Assembly: GCF_964213995.1 (NCBI RefSeq)
Contig: NC_135813.1
Coordinates: 21,700,001 to 21,764,000, forward strand
Source of the DNA: Mustelus asterias
Taxonomy: Eukaryota
Direction of reading: 5' to 3'
Length of the DNA stretch: 64,000 nucleotides
Made by a program: the position numbers and the translations under genes. Below the pieces are notes generated by a model that was not told where the DNA came from, searched no databases, and saw only the letters and a list, made by a program, of their open reading frames with translations. Shown here one piece after another: positions 63,198 to 64,000 of this stretch (the stretch's first letter is position 1; every line of letters begins with the position of its first letter).

Positions 63198-63535
63198 TTT
63201 TAAAAGTTAGGATGTCATTGGCAAGACCAGCATTTATTGCCCATCCCTAACTGCCCTTGAACTGAATGGCTTGCTAGGCCATTTCAGTGGACATTTAAGA
63301 GTGAACCACATTGCTTGGGTCTGGAGTACGCCAGACCAGGAAGGGATGGCAGATTTCAGCTGGGTTTTTGCAACAATTGATAGTTTCATAGTCACCACCA
63401 CAAAGACCAACTTTCAATTCCAGCTTTATGAATTGAATTCAAATACCACCAGCAGAATTTGAACCCCGTGTCCCTAGAGCATTGGGTTGGGCCTCTAGAT
63501 TTCTAGATCAATGATGTTACCATGATGCCACCTCA
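63198..63535 (-). mobile_element. tRNA-headed short retroelement, third copy
   Basis: Minus strand ggggttcaaattc B box, ctggtctggc..aatgtggtt body, caagggcagttagggatgggcaataaatgctgg tail. Confidence 0.75.
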
Positions 63536-63539
63536 GCAG

Positions 63540-64000
63540 ACACCTCCTCTCTCTTAAAACCAGGTCTGATCCTTCAACAACACATTAGACTGCACAACCA
63601 CTGTTGCCAACTTGCCTGTTCAACATCAGGTCATGGATTAATCACAACTTCCGCAAAGTGAACCTTGCAAGGTCCAAAGTCTTGTTTCTGGCATCTACCA
63701 TCAGCTCCTCTCCCTCGTCACTCACTGAATTTGAAACAGGTGGCAGAGATTTTAGCATCCTGTTCAAACCAGAGGTGAGCTGCAAACCCCTAACCTCCAC
63801 CTCTGCACTATCTGCTTTATATCATCTGTGAAACCTTTGTTCTGTGCCTAGGGAGGGTCCTGTGCCTTTGTCTCATCATTGGTAACAGATTCTTCAGATG
63901 CCTCAGATCTCCTCTTCAGCTCAATTTTTAAACTATTTCCCATCTCCACATTTCTCCCATCTTTAAAATCCATCTCAAGTTCCTCTTTACCTCCGCCATT
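63540..64000 (+). mobile_element. old L2 LINE remnant
   Basis: CLFNIRSWINHNF..NLARSKVL resembles the L2 post-YADD region. Confidence 0.55.

Noticed and set aside
46535-64000. Next nr5a1 exon (expected V.DQM.LLQNCWSELL)
   Set aside because: Not found by eye or in the ORF track; presumably beyond the window

Overview
Vertebrate genomic DNA, almost certainly from an elasmobranch (shark/ray), inferred from HE1-type V-SINEs, a DeuSINE and abundant CR1/L2 LINEs. The only host gene is the 5' half of a plus-strand NR5A nuclear receptor gene, best called nr5a1 (SF-1/Ad4BP). Its coding exons are 27678-27779, 28133-28274 and 45894-46534; the rest of the ligand-binding domain is not in the window. A CpG-retaining promoter domain (~24.1-29.2 kb) precedes and overlaps it. 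Upstream is a young but defective endogenous retrovirus (6635-11369): truncated 5' LTR, no gag/pro/RT, RNase H and integrase split by a CR1 insertion, near-complete env, full 3' LTR. The rest is LINEs (RTE, CR1, L2), Penelope fragments, SINEs, PIF/Harbinger remnants and MITEs. Most interesting observations: (1) a LINE that starts with a tRNA-like SINE head, with three short derivatives having different deletion junctions; (2) a minimal hammerhead ribozyme at a Penelope end; (3) a Harbinger transposase with its own TATA box, micro-exon and intron inside nr5a1 intron 4; (4) a TALE/NF-Y promoter module with signals for a divergent spliced transcript; (5) an NR5A2-like in-frame remnant upstream of the nr5a1 ATG; (6) a templated-insertion repair scar. 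Family names come from motif recognition, not database searches, and repeat boundaries are approximate.
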